A stretch of 64,000 bases of DNA from an uncultured Methanosarcinales archaeon (GTDB lineage Archaea; Nanobdellota; Nanobdellia; Woesearchaeales; JABIAG01), in assembly GCA_964561995.1 (NCBI GenBank), contig CAZLQZ010000004.1:16717-80716 (forward strand), in the 5' to 3' direction. Both the position numbers and the translations under genes were made by a program. The notes below the pieces were generated by a model, which did not search any database, had not been told where the DNA came from, and saw nothing but the letters and a program-made list of their open reading frames with translations. Below, in pieces: positions 18,616-26,982 of the stretch. Positions within the stretch are counted from its first letter, which is position 1, and each line of letters starts with the position of its first letter.

Positions 18616-20319
18616 ATGGAAATAAGAAAGAAAGATAGAAAAGTGGCTTATTTCTCAATGGAGATAGGATTAGAGCCAAATATGCCTACTTATGCAGGCG
18701 GTTTAGGTATTTTAGCAGGCGATACTTTAAAGACTTGTGCAGATCTTAATGTTCCTGTTGTTGCTGTTAGTTTGTTATATAGAGATGGATATTTCAAACA
18801 ACATTTGGATTCAGATGGTAATCAAACTGAAAGTCCTGATCGATGGGATTATGATAATAAATTAGAACTTTTACCTGAAAAAGTGGTTGTTAGTATTTCT
18901 GGACGGGATGTAGTAATTCAAGCTTGGCAATATACTGTTAAAGGTTTTACTGAATTTGAAGTGCCAGTATTATTTTTAGATACTAATCTTCCTGAAAATA
19001 CTGATCAAGACCGAATTATTACTCAAAAATTATATCAGGGAGACCATTCAATGAGAATCTCTCAAGAAATTGTTTTAGGAATTGGTGGATTGAAGATGCT
19101 TCAAGATTTAGGTTATAAAAATATTAAAAAGCATCATTTGAATGAAGGGCATGGTAGTTTTTTAATTTTAGAATTACTTAGTGATACAAGACTGCATCAT
19201 GGTAAAAGTGATTTAAGAGAATTGTATGATTTTGAAGAAGTTAAACATAGTTGTGTTTTTACAACCCATACTCCTGTTGCTGCTGGTCATGATCAATTTG
19301 ATCCTCAGTTAGTTAAAGATATTATTGGAAAAAATATTAATTCTGAATTATTAGATTATTCTGTTAAAAATGGTAAAATAAATATGACTCAAATAGCATT
19401 GGCTAATTCTGAATATGTAAATGGAGTTGCAAAAAAACATGCTTTTGTTTCAAAGCAAATGTTTCCAGAACATAAAATTGCTTCAATAACTAATGGAATA
19501 TATTGTCCCTTTTGGGTTCATCCAGGTATGCAAGAACTTTTTGACAAGTACATACCTAAGTGGTTTTTAGACCCAACAGATTTAAGACACGCAATGATTA
19601 TTCCTGATAAAGAATTGTGGAATGCTCATATTAAAGCTAAAAAAGATTTAATTGATTTTGTAAATACTAAATATAATTCTAATTTAAGTCCTGATGTTTT
19701 TACTATTGGATTTGCAAGAAGAGCTGCTGAATATAAAAGAGTTGAATTATTATTTTCTGATATTAAAAAATTAAAATCAATAGTAAAAAAGGTTGGAAAA
19801 ATTCAAATTGTTTTAGCAGGAAAAGCTCATCCTCAAGATGGTGGAGGAAAAGGTTTAATTAAAAGAGTTTTTGAAAAAATTAAAGAATTAAAAGGTTTAA
19901 TAGAAATTGTTTATTTAGAAAATTATAATATTGAAATTGCACAAAAAATGGTACCAGGTGTTGATATTTGGTTAAATACTCCATTAAAACCAAGAGAAGC
20001 TTCTGGAACAAGTGGAATGAAAGCTGCCCTAAATGGAGTTCCTCAATTTAGTATTTTAGATGGTTGGTGGATTGAAGGTTGTATTGAAGGTTTAACTGGA
20101 TGGAGCATTGGAACTAATGAAAAGGAAAGCAATTGGGATGAAGATGCAAAAGATCTTTATGATAAATTAGAAAAAGAGATTCTTCCTATTTTTTATAATA
20201 AAAAAAGTGAGTGGAGAAAAATAATGAAATACTCCATTTCATTTAATGCATCTTATTTTAATACTCATAGAATGGTTAAGGATTATGTTCTTAATGCTTA
20301 TTTTATTGAAAGTGAATGA
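18616..20319 (+). CDS. glgP: Alpha-glucan (glycogen/maltodextrin) phosphorylase, short archaeal GT35 type (start taken at the internal MEIRKKD)
   Basis: EIGLEPNMPTYAGGLGILAGD at the N-terminus and EASGTSGMKAALNGVPQFSILDGWW (PLP-lysine region). Confidence 0.8.
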   Translation: MEIRKKDRKVAYFSMEIGLEPNMPTYAGGLGILAGDTLKTCADLNVPVVAVSLLYRDGYFKQHLDSDGNQTESPDRWDYDNKLELLPEKVVVSISGRDVVIQAWQYTVKGFTEFEVPVLFLDTNLPENTDQDRIITQKLYQGDHSMRISQEIVLGIGGLKMLQDLGYKNIKKHHLNEGHGSFLILELLSDTRLHHGKSDLRELYDFEEVKHSCVFTTHTPVAAGHDQFDPQLVKDIIGKNINSELLDYSVKNGKINMTQIALANSEYVNGVAKKHAFVSKQMFPEHKIASITNGIYCPFWVHPGMQELFDKYIPKWFLDPTDLRHAMIIPDKELWNAHIKAKKDLIDFVNTKYNSNLSPDVFTIGFARRAAEYKRVELLFSDIKKLKSIVKKVGKIQIVLAGKAHPQDGGGKGLIKRVFEKIKELKGLIEIVYLENYNIEIAQKMVPGVDIWLNTPLKPREASGTSGMKAALNGVPQFSILDGWWIEGCIEGLTGWSIGTNEKESNWDEDAKDLYDKLEKEILPIFYNKKSEWRKIMKYSISFNASYFNTHRMVKDYVLNAYFIESE

Positions 20320-20325
20320 TTTTCT
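20273..20325 (+). repeat. Direct repeat copy 1 (last 53 nt of glgP including the stop)
   Basis: tggttaaggattatgttcttaatgcttattttattgaaagtgaatgattttct. Confidence 0.8.
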
Positions 20326-20404
20326 ACTTTTAAATTATTTTTTCGAGTGCTGTTTGAACAAAGTGAAAATAGTACCTTGCGTGTCAACTGAGTGTAACCA
20401 GTTG

Positions 20405-20457
20405 TGGTTAAGGATTATGTTTTGAATGCTTATTTTATTGAAAGTGAATGATTTTCT
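20405..20457 (+). repeat. Direct repeat copy 2 (51/53 identical), 79 nt downstream of copy 1
   Basis: tggttaaggattatgttttgaatgcttattttattgaaagtgaatgattttct. The intervening 79 nt are GC-richer and contain the hairpin CAACTG-N8-CAGTTG. Confidence 0.8.
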
Positions 20458-20505
20458 TGTTTTTGGATGAATAACCTTTAAAAATCAAATTAAATTCTTA
20501 AATTC

Positions 20506-21135
20506 ATGACTAAACATTTGAAAATTCGTATTAGAAATAAAGATAAAACTCATCCTCTTAATGTTACAGGAATAAAAGTTGCAAAACCAATTCATGAAAC
20601 TCATAAACTTAAAAGACCTTCTCCAGCTGAAGAAACCCAAGTCGAAATTGAAAATGATTTTTCTTTATCAGAAAGAAAAACTTGGCAAGAACTTTATCAG
20701 GAAGGCAGAGAATTAAGTCATCAAGGAGTATATTCTGAAGCTTTAATTAGATTTCAAATGGCAAATCAAATTTTATCCACTTCTCTTGATATTCCAAATC
20801 ATATTGGAATGACATATTTTCATTTAAAAAAATATGATGAAGCCGAAGAAACTTTTAGAAGTTTGTATGATAAATTTCCCGATAGTATGCAAGTATTAGA
20901 TAATCTTATTACTACAGTTCAAATAAGAGGCGAAGAATTTGAAGAAAATGGTCATTGTGAATGTGCTATGATATCATATAAAGAACATGGTAGATTGCTT
21001 GTTGAAAGAATGGATATAATGGAATCTGTAATTGCTTTACAAAATGAAGAAAAGTCTCAATATGAATCTGCGATGAAATCTTACGAAGAACAAAACAAAT
21101 CTCTTGTTGAAAAAATAGATGCGACGAAATCATAA
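20506..21135 (+). CDS. TPR-repeat protein (putative)
   Basis: Helical repeat pattern EALIRFQMANQIL...HIGMTYFHLKKYDEAEETF. Confidence 0.4.
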   Translation: MTKHLKIRIRNKDKTHPLNVTGIKVAKPIHETHKLKRPSPAEETQVEIENDFSLSERKTWQELYQEGRELSHQGVYSEALIRFQMANQILSTSLDIPNHIGMTYFHLKKYDEAEETFRSLYDKFPDSMQVLDNLITTVQIRGEEFEENGHCECAMISYKEHGRLLVERMDIMESVIALQNEEKSQYESAMKSYEEQNKSLVEKIDATKS

Positions 21136-21199
21136 ATTGCTTAACAGAAATCGAATTTTCTCCTTAATCTTTTTAAATTCACTAAAGTTTCTTTTTTAT

Positions 21200-21574
21200 A
21201 TGAATGATGTTTCAGAATTATTGGCTGTTATTAAAGAACTTTTAACTGTTGAAGAAAGTGATAACTTTGTTAATGGTAAACACGCTTGTAAGGTTAGAGG
21301 AGAATTAAGAGTTTGTTTAAAAGACCTTTTAGAACAACACACAGTTCTTGCGAGTTCATCACCAGTTTATGGTGCAATTAGAGAAACTCCTGGCAGAGTT
21401 AGTTGGAAAAGTGTTGCATCATTATTAGTTGAAAAATATCAAGTGCCTAATGATGAACTAGCTCAAATTGAAGAACAATGCAAAACTCCTGGTTCATCTA
21501 TAAAATATGGAAGAACATCTGATGGTTCATATGCTAATTTAAGACAACAAGAATTTGATTTTTTTACTCCTTGA
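21200..21574 (+). CDS. Hypothetical protein (start at the internal MNDVSELL)
   Basis: ORF; no motif. Confidence 0.35.
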   Translation: MNDVSELLAVIKELLTVEESDNFVNGKHACKVRGELRVCLKDLLEQHTVLASSSPVYGAIRETPGRVSWKSVASLLVEKYQVPNDELAQIEEQCKTPGSSIKYGRTSDGSYANLRQQEFDFFTP

Positions 21575-21604
21575 AACTTTTAGATTATTATAAATTAAGA
21601 AAAG

Positions 21605-21880
21605 TTATAATTCAAATTCATCAATAAATTCTATTATTGTTTTATATTTTTGAAGATAAAGAAATCCTTTGTCTGTTAAAGTGATATATTTTTTACCTTT
21701 TTTATCTTCACATTCTCTTATAAATTTTTTTTTAATAAGTTCTTTATAATATTCTGCAAAACTTTGTGAAGAGAGATTAGAGTATCTTAATAACGGTGTG
21801 GGCTTTATTGAATTATTTTGTTTTTCAATTATCTTAAGAATATCTTTAATTACTTCCAATCTTTCTCTTTTTTTTACCAT
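21605..21880 (-). CDS. Small winged-helix DNA-binding protein (putative)
   Basis: 91 aa, basic, wHTH-like KKGKKYITLTDKGFLYLQKY. Confidence 0.35.
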   Translation of the reverse strand: MVKKRERLEVIKDILKIIEKQNNSIKPTPLLRYSNLSSQSFAEYYKELIKKKFIRECEDKKGKKYITLTDKGFLYLQKYKTIIEFIDEFEL

Positions 21881-22539
21881 TTTATTAATTTTGCAACTTT
21901 ATGTAATATGTATGCAAATATTCCTATCGAAATTATGTTAAATAAAATTCCTAATTCCATCGGAATAAATAGTTTTGCACCTAGAAAACTTAAATTCACT
22001 ATCCAAAATAAAGATAAAAGAACATAAATTATGATTAGCTTAGAAAACTTTTTAGATTTTGAATGAGTTTTTAATGCCATTATTAAAGAAAAAATTAATA
22101 GTGCTGCTTGTAATATTATAAGTATTAATGGTGACCTAGTTAGTAAAATAATTAATGCTATCATTATTGAAATTAAATGTAATAATAAGTTTATTTCTTT
22201 TTTTTTGAATTTTTTCCATATTACACTTAATGTTAAAAAAATAATTGCCATTGTACTAAGATAACTTGTTAAAACTAAGAATAATGGTTGTATTATATGT
22301 CTTGGTATGAAAATTCCTTTAGTAAACATTGAAACATTAAATAAAACAAATAAAAATCTAAATGCATAAGCTAATGAAAAAAATAAGAAAGTATTTCTAA
22401 AATATTTTATGCCTTGATGTTTAGTTAAACTGAATATTTCCTGAGTTCTTAAATAAATTAATAGTGCTAGAATAAAAATTACTAAAGAGAATATTGTTTC
22501 CATTCCTAAAAAATACATATTGATAAAGTGTGGTGGCAT
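21874..22539 (-). CDS. Polytopic membrane protein, hypothetical
   Basis: 6-7 TM helices. Confidence 0.35.
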   Translation of the reverse strand: MPPHFINMYFLGMETIFSLVIFILALLIYLRTQEIFSLTKHQGIKYFRNTFLFFSLAYAFRFLFVLFNVSMFTKGIFIPRHIIQPLFLVLTSYLSTMAIIFLTLSVIWKKFKKKEINLLLHLISIMIALIILLTRSPLILIILQAALLIFSLIMALKTHSKSKKFSKLIIIYVLLSLFWIVNLSFLGAKLFIPMELGILFNIISIGIFAYILHKVAKLIKW

Positions 22540-22592
22540 TGTTATCTTCTTATTTCTATTTATTTTTATTTTATTTAAAGGTTTATAAAATA

Positions 22593-22637
22593 AATGGACT
22601 TAAAGTGTACATTTTTCCTTCTTTAGTTTTATAAATG
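22593..22637 (+). repeat. 45-bp element copy 1 (immediately upstream of the ABC operon, contains the TTTATAAA box)
   Basis: aatggacttaaagtgtacatttttccttctttagttttataaatg. Confidence 0.8.
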
Positions 22638-22657
22638 AATTTTAATTTAGGTTTATT

Positions 22658-23371
22658 GTGAAATCATTAATTCAAATTAAAAATGTAGGTAAAAGCTACA
22701 AAATGGGAAAAGCAGGAATGCTTGATGTTTTAAAAGGAATTAATTTGGACATTTCACCAGGAGAATTTTTAACAATAATTGGACCTAGTGGTTCAGGAAA
22801 AAGTACTATGATGAATATTGTTGGAGCATTAGATATTCCATCTTCAGGTGAAGTTCTAATTATGAATAAAAATATTGCAAAAATGTCGGAATCTTCTCTT
22901 GCTGTTTTAAGAGGAAAAACAATTGGTTTTATTTTTCAACAGTTTAATTTAGTTCCAACTTTATCTGCTTTAGAAAATGTTATGCTTCCAATGGAATTTA
23001 TAGATGTTCCTACTAATGTTGCAAAAAAAAGAGCAACAGAACTTCTTGAAATGTTAGGTTTAGGTGATAGAGTTGATCATAAACCTAATGAACTCTCTGG
23101 AGGGCAACAACAAAGAGTTGCGATTGCAAGAGCTTTGTCAAACGACCCACCAATTATACTTGCTGATGAACCCACCGGAAATTTGGATAGTAAAACAGGT
23201 ATTTTTGTTATGGATTTTTTAAGAAAATTAAATACGAAACAAGGAAAAACTATTATTTTAATCACTCATGATACTTCTTTAATTAAATACGCTCATCGAG
23301 TAATACATTTAAAAGACGGGGTTGTGGTTAAGGATGTTTTTTCTAATCATAAAAAGGAGGATAAAAAATGA
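22658..23371 (+). CDS. ABC transporter ATP-binding protein (MacB/LolD-type, GTG start)
   Basis: Walker A GPSGSGKST; signature LSGGQQQRVAIARAL; Walker B ILADEPTGNLD. Confidence 0.85.
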   Translation: MKSLIQIKNVGKSYKMGKAGMLDVLKGINLDISPGEFLTIIGPSGSGKSTMMNIVGALDIPSSGEVLIMNKNIAKMSESSLAVLRGKTIGFIFQQFNLVPTLSALENVMLPMEFIDVPTNVAKKRATELLEMLGLGDRVDHKPNELSGGQQQRVAIARALSNDPPIILADEPTGNLDSKTGIFVMDFLRKLNTKQGKTIILITHDTSLIKYAHRVIHLKDGVVVKDVFSNHKKEDKK

Positions 23372-24297
23372 AACTTATAAAAAAAACAATTATTTTATTA
23401 ATGGTGGTGCTATGCTTATCTTTTAATGTTTTTGCAGATACATATGAAGATAATTATTCAGTAATAACTTATAATAATGCTTTTTCAGAAGCAAACCTTC
23501 AAGTTGTTCAATTAAGGTATGAACCTTACCCTGCAAATCCGGGTGATTATGTTACTGTTTGGATTAAAGCAGAAAATATTGGAAATACTTTTACAAAGGA
23601 TGCTGTTTTTAAATTAATTCCAGAATATCCTTTTTCATTAGATTCTAGTCAAGACGCGATTAAATCGTTTGGTAATCTTAATACCGAACCTGTTGTTTTG
23701 GAATATAAACTTAAAGTTGATGAAAATGCTGTTGATGGAATTAACGAAATTAAAATTGCTTTTTTAGAAGATGGACAAGAAGATAATTGGGGTTATAAAA
23801 CATTTGATATTGAAGTAGATAATTCTCAAACTGATTTTGATTTGGTAATTCAAGAAATAAGTGGCAATGAACTTTCTATTGCAATTGCTAATACTGGAAA
23901 AAACGTTGCATATTCAACAATTGTAAGAATTCCTAATCAAGAAAACTTTAATGTTATTGGAACCGATGGTCAAATGGTTGGTAATTTAGAAGATGGCGAT
24001 TATACTCTTGTAGGATTTGAAGTGAATAATAATAATCGTAATAGTTTGTTAAATGTTCAAATAGATTATACTGATGAAATTGGAGAAAGAAGAAGTGTTG
24101 TTAAGGAAGTTAAGTATCCTTTAACTTTAACTTCATCTTCTGAATTAAATTTAATTAATGGTAGGCCTACAAAACAACAACAGGAAACTTCTTTACTTCA
24201 AAAATGGTGGTTTTGGTTATTAATTGTTTTTGTTGCTTTTTTAACTTATAGAATCTATAAGCGTTATAAAATTTTTAGATCTAAAAGAGGGAAATAA
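23368..24297 (+). CDS. Secreted CARDB/COG1361-like beta-sandwich protein with a C-terminal TM anchor
   Basis: Signal peptide; YEPYPANPGDYVTVWIKAENIGN (CARDB-like); C-terminal WWFWLLIVFVAFLTYRIYKRYK anchor. The COG1136+COG1361+COG0577 triad is a known archaeal arrangement (recalled). Confidence 0.5.
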   Translation: MKLIKKTIILLMVVLCLSFNVFADTYEDNYSVITYNNAFSEANLQVVQLRYEPYPANPGDYVTVWIKAENIGNTFTKDAVFKLIPEYPFSLDSSQDAIKSFGNLNTEPVVLEYKLKVDENAVDGINEIKIAFLEDGQEDNWGYKTFDIEVDNSQTDFDLVIQEISGNELSIAIANTGKNVAYSTIVRIPNQENFNVIGTDGQMVGNLEDGDYTLVGFEVNNNNRNSLLNVQIDYTDEIGERRSVVKEVKYPLTLTSSSELNLINGRPTKQQQETSLLQKWWFWLLIVFVAFLTYRIYKRYKIFRSKRGK

Positions 24298-24303
24298 AGC
24301 AAA

Positions 24304-25557
24304 ATGAGATTAAGGAAAATTTTACAGCTGGCTTGGAATATATTAATTCATAGTAAACTACGAAGTTGGCTTACTATAATTGGTATAGTCATTGGAATTG
24401 CAGCTGTAGTTTCAATAGTATCAATTAGTCAAGGTGCTCAAAATAGTCTTGCAAATCAATTCGATGATTTAGGTGCTGATATTATTACTATTACTCCTGG
24501 TTATTCAAAGGCTACTGGTTTTATGGGCCCGGTGCGAGGAGGAGGTGGTGCGTCGGAATCATCTGTTGATCAAGAAGATTTGACTGATAAAGATACGCTT
24601 GCTTTGAAAAGTCTTACAAATATAAAATATGTTATGGGCAAAGTGTCTGGTACTGCCGAAGTTAAATACTTGGGTGAGTCAGGAGATGTTACAGTAACTG
24701 GAGTTGATACTGATGTTTGGAAAGACATGATTACTGATGAATTGGAATCAGGCAGATATTTAACTAAGGGTGATATTTATTCAGTAATTATAGGTTATAA
24801 AAGAGCACATTCTTTTTTCGATAATGAAGTTCAAATAAATCGACAAATTTCAATTGAAGGAAAAATATTCAAAGTAGTGGGAATTTTTGAGCAAGGGGAA
24901 GATGATAATGCAATTATTATTCCTATTAAAGCGGCAATTGATGTTTTAGATGATGTAGAGGATGGTGAATTTAATTCTATTTCAATAAAGGTCGATAATG
25001 AAGAACTGGTAAATGAAACATTAAATGATGTAGAAAAAAAATTAATGTTGTCACGAGGTATATTGAGAGAAGATGAAAAAGATTTTACAGTTTCATCTGT
25101 TTTAGAACTTCAAACAACTATAACTCAAACACTAAATACTATGTCCATTTTTCTTGGGTCTATTGCTGCAATCTCTTTACTTGTTGGAGCAGTGGGAATT
25201 TCAAATACTATGTTTACTTCAGTATTAGAAAAAACAAAAGAAATTGGAATTATGAAAGCAATTGGTTCGAAAAATAAAGATATTCTTTTGATATTTTTAT
25301 TCAATTCAGGTATGATTGGTTTTGTTGGTGGATTGGGCGGAGTAATTCTTGGTTCAATTGCTTCAGGTTACATTGGATTGTTAACTTCTAGTAGTTCCTC
25401 TGGAGGAATATCGAGAATGTTTGGAACAACTTCATTATCTTTTGAACTTTTGTTATTTGCATTTTTATTTTCAATAGTAATTGGTATGATTGCAGGAGTA
25501 ATTCCAGCATATCGTGCTTCAAGATTAAAACCTGTTGACGCATTAAGGTACGAATAA
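24304..25557 (+). CDS. ABC transporter permease (MacB/FtsX-type, with extracytoplasmic domain)
   Basis: N-terminal TM, a large external domain, and a C-terminal FtsX-like 3-TM bundle ending RASRLKPVDALRYE. Confidence 0.8.
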   Translation: MRLRKILQLAWNILIHSKLRSWLTIIGIVIGIAAVVSIVSISQGAQNSLANQFDDLGADIITITPGYSKATGFMGPVRGGGGASESSVDQEDLTDKDTLALKSLTNIKYVMGKVSGTAEVKYLGESGDVTVTGVDTDVWKDMITDELESGRYLTKGDIYSVIIGYKRAHSFFDNEVQINRQISIEGKIFKVVGIFEQGEDDNAIIIPIKAAIDVLDDVEDGEFNSISIKVDNEELVNETLNDVEKKLMLSRGILREDEKDFTVSSVLELQTTITQTLNTMSIFLGSIAAISLLVGAVGISNTMFTSVLEKTKEIGIMKAIGSKNKDILLIFLFNSGMIGFVGGLGGVILGSIASGYIGLLTSSSSSGGISRMFGTTSLSFELLLFAFLFSIVIGMIAGVIPAYRASRLKPVDALRYE

Positions 25558-25600
25558 TGGACTTATAATGTACATTTTTGCTTCTTTGGTTTTATAAACC
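25556..25600 (+). repeat. 45-bp element copy 2 (41/45 identical), immediately after the permease stop
   Basis: aatggacttataatgtacatttttgcttctttggttttataaacc. Confidence 0.8.
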
Positions 25601-25688
25601 TTTGAAGTTTAATAAAATAAAACAGAAATCATAGGATTTTTGATTATTACAATTTGAAGTTGTAATGAGACACGCGGAGGTGTGAGAA

Positions 25689-26153
25689 ATGAAAAAAGGA
25701 TTAATGGCAATTGTTGCATTACTCGTTTTGAGTGTTGTTGCAATTGGTGCGTATGCAATGCCCTTAAACGCAAGAGGCAATGAAGAAATAAAAGAAGCAA
25801 TTGAAACTGGCGATTATGATGCTTATTTAAATGCATTTAATTATCGACAGCCGTTGAGTGAAGACGATTTTGATGGAATTCATCAAAGACATCAATTAAG
25901 AAATTCTCATAAAGAAGAAATGGATCTTGCAATAGAACAAGGTTACGATGCATGGATAGAAGTTGTTGAAGATATGGATCATACGCCCCCAATGTATGAA
26001 ATGGTTTCCGAAGAAAACTTCGACATTTTTGTAGATTTGCATGAAGCAAGAGAAAGTGGTGACTGGGAAACAGCAAGAACTCTTTCTGAAGAACTGGGTT
26101 TTGAATCTGGAAGAATGGGAAGAGGGCATAGAGGAATGCAAATGAATAATTAA
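25689..26153 (+). CDS. Small secreted protein, hypothetical (GC-richer than surroundings, SD GGAGGTG upstream)
   Basis: Signal peptide MKKGLMAIVALLVLSVVAIGAYA; acidic helical remainder. Confidence 0.5.
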   Translation: MKKGLMAIVALLVLSVVAIGAYAMPLNARGNEEIKEAIETGDYDAYLNAFNYRQPLSEDDFDGIHQRHQLRNSHKEEMDLAIEQGYDAWIEVVEDMDHTPPMYEMVSEENFDIFVDLHEARESGDWETARTLSEELGFESGRMGRGHRGMQMNN

Positions 26154-26204
26154 TTTTTTTTAATTCGACATTAGTCGTGCCAGAAGACTTTCTTCTGGAT
26201 ATTT

Positions 26205-26411
26205 TTATTCTTCCTCTTGATAATGTTCGCAAATATCTTTTTCAAATTTTTCGTGTTTGGTTAAATCTTTTTTATCTTTTAATTTATCACAATCTATTAT
26301 TACTTCTTCTTTTATTTTTCTACACCAATCTCCATCAACAAGTTCAAAATCAGGATCTTTTCCACCAACAATTTCCATTGTTTTGTGTTTTTCAGATTTT
26401 AACCATGCCAT
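26205..26411 (-). CDS. Small acidic Cys-containing protein, hypothetical (overlaps a plus-strand ORF of poorer coding quality)
   Basis: 68 aa containing CRK...CDK...CEH. Confidence 0.25.
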   Translation of the reverse strand: MAWLKSEKHKTMEIVGGKDPDFELVDGDWCRKIKEEVIIDCDKLKDKKDLTKHEKFEKDICEHYQEEE

Positions 26412-26464
26412 GCTTAAGTAAAGTTAATGTAGTATTTAATTTTTATGTTTATGTATTAAATATT

Positions 26465-26929
26465 TTATAAAATAATTATAAATATAATTGTAAGAATTAA
26501 TATAATGTCTAAAAATATTTCAACATAAGATTCGTTATTATATATGTTTAATATTTTGATTTTGACTGTTTTTCCAGTATGGATGTTATCTAGTAATAAA
26601 TGTGAATAATATCCTATTGTAGTAATTAAAGCAATTTTCCAATTAATAAATGAAAGTATGAGGATAATTAAACTAACAATTAATGCTCCTTTTTTATAAT
26701 GTATAAAACTTCTTTGATTGTATTTGTGAAACTTTTCTGACATGTTCCATGTTTTAATTAATGAAAATTTATCTTTTTTAGAATGGATAATATGTTTTAT
26801 ATAATGGTCTATGTCAATTACAACTCCAATTACTCCACAAAAAATTACTAATTCTATGGAAATTAAATTAATCTTGTTTAAAATTAATGCGATAAAGAAT
26901 GGAAATAAAAAGTGTGTATGTGGATTCAT
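26465..26929 (-). CDS. Membrane protein, DUF457/YdjM-like metal-dependent hydrolase (tentative)
   Basis: His-rich membrane helices HTHFLFPF..., IDIDHYIKH, HLLLDNIH. Confidence 0.3.
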   Translation of the reverse strand: MNPHTHFLFPFFIALILNKINLISIELVIFCGVIGVVIDIDHYIKHIIHSKKDKFSLIKTWNMSEKFHKYNQRSFIHYKKGALIVSLIILILSFINWKIALITTIGYYSHLLLDNIHTGKTVKIKILNIYNNESYVEIFLDIILILTIIFIIIL

Positions 26930-26982
26930 ATATTTAGATCTGAATTTTTAGTTTATTAATTTTATCATTTGAAAATTCTTAA

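Noticed and set aside
21818-22027. Plus-strand 69-aa ORF
   Set aside because: Overlaps the ends of two better-supported minus-strand genes; low-complexity translation.
25592-26232. Minus-strand ORFs (62-131 aa) overlapping the secreted-protein gene at 25689..26153
   Set aside because: Translations are Leu/His/Gln-rich junk lacking any motif; the plus-strand gene has a signal peptide and an SD.
26177-26470. Plus-strand 97-aa ORF overlapping the 26205..26411 minus ORF
   Set aside because: Highly repetitive Leu/Phe/Tyr translation typical of a non-coding frame; the minus-strand frame is more protein-like, though neither is confident.
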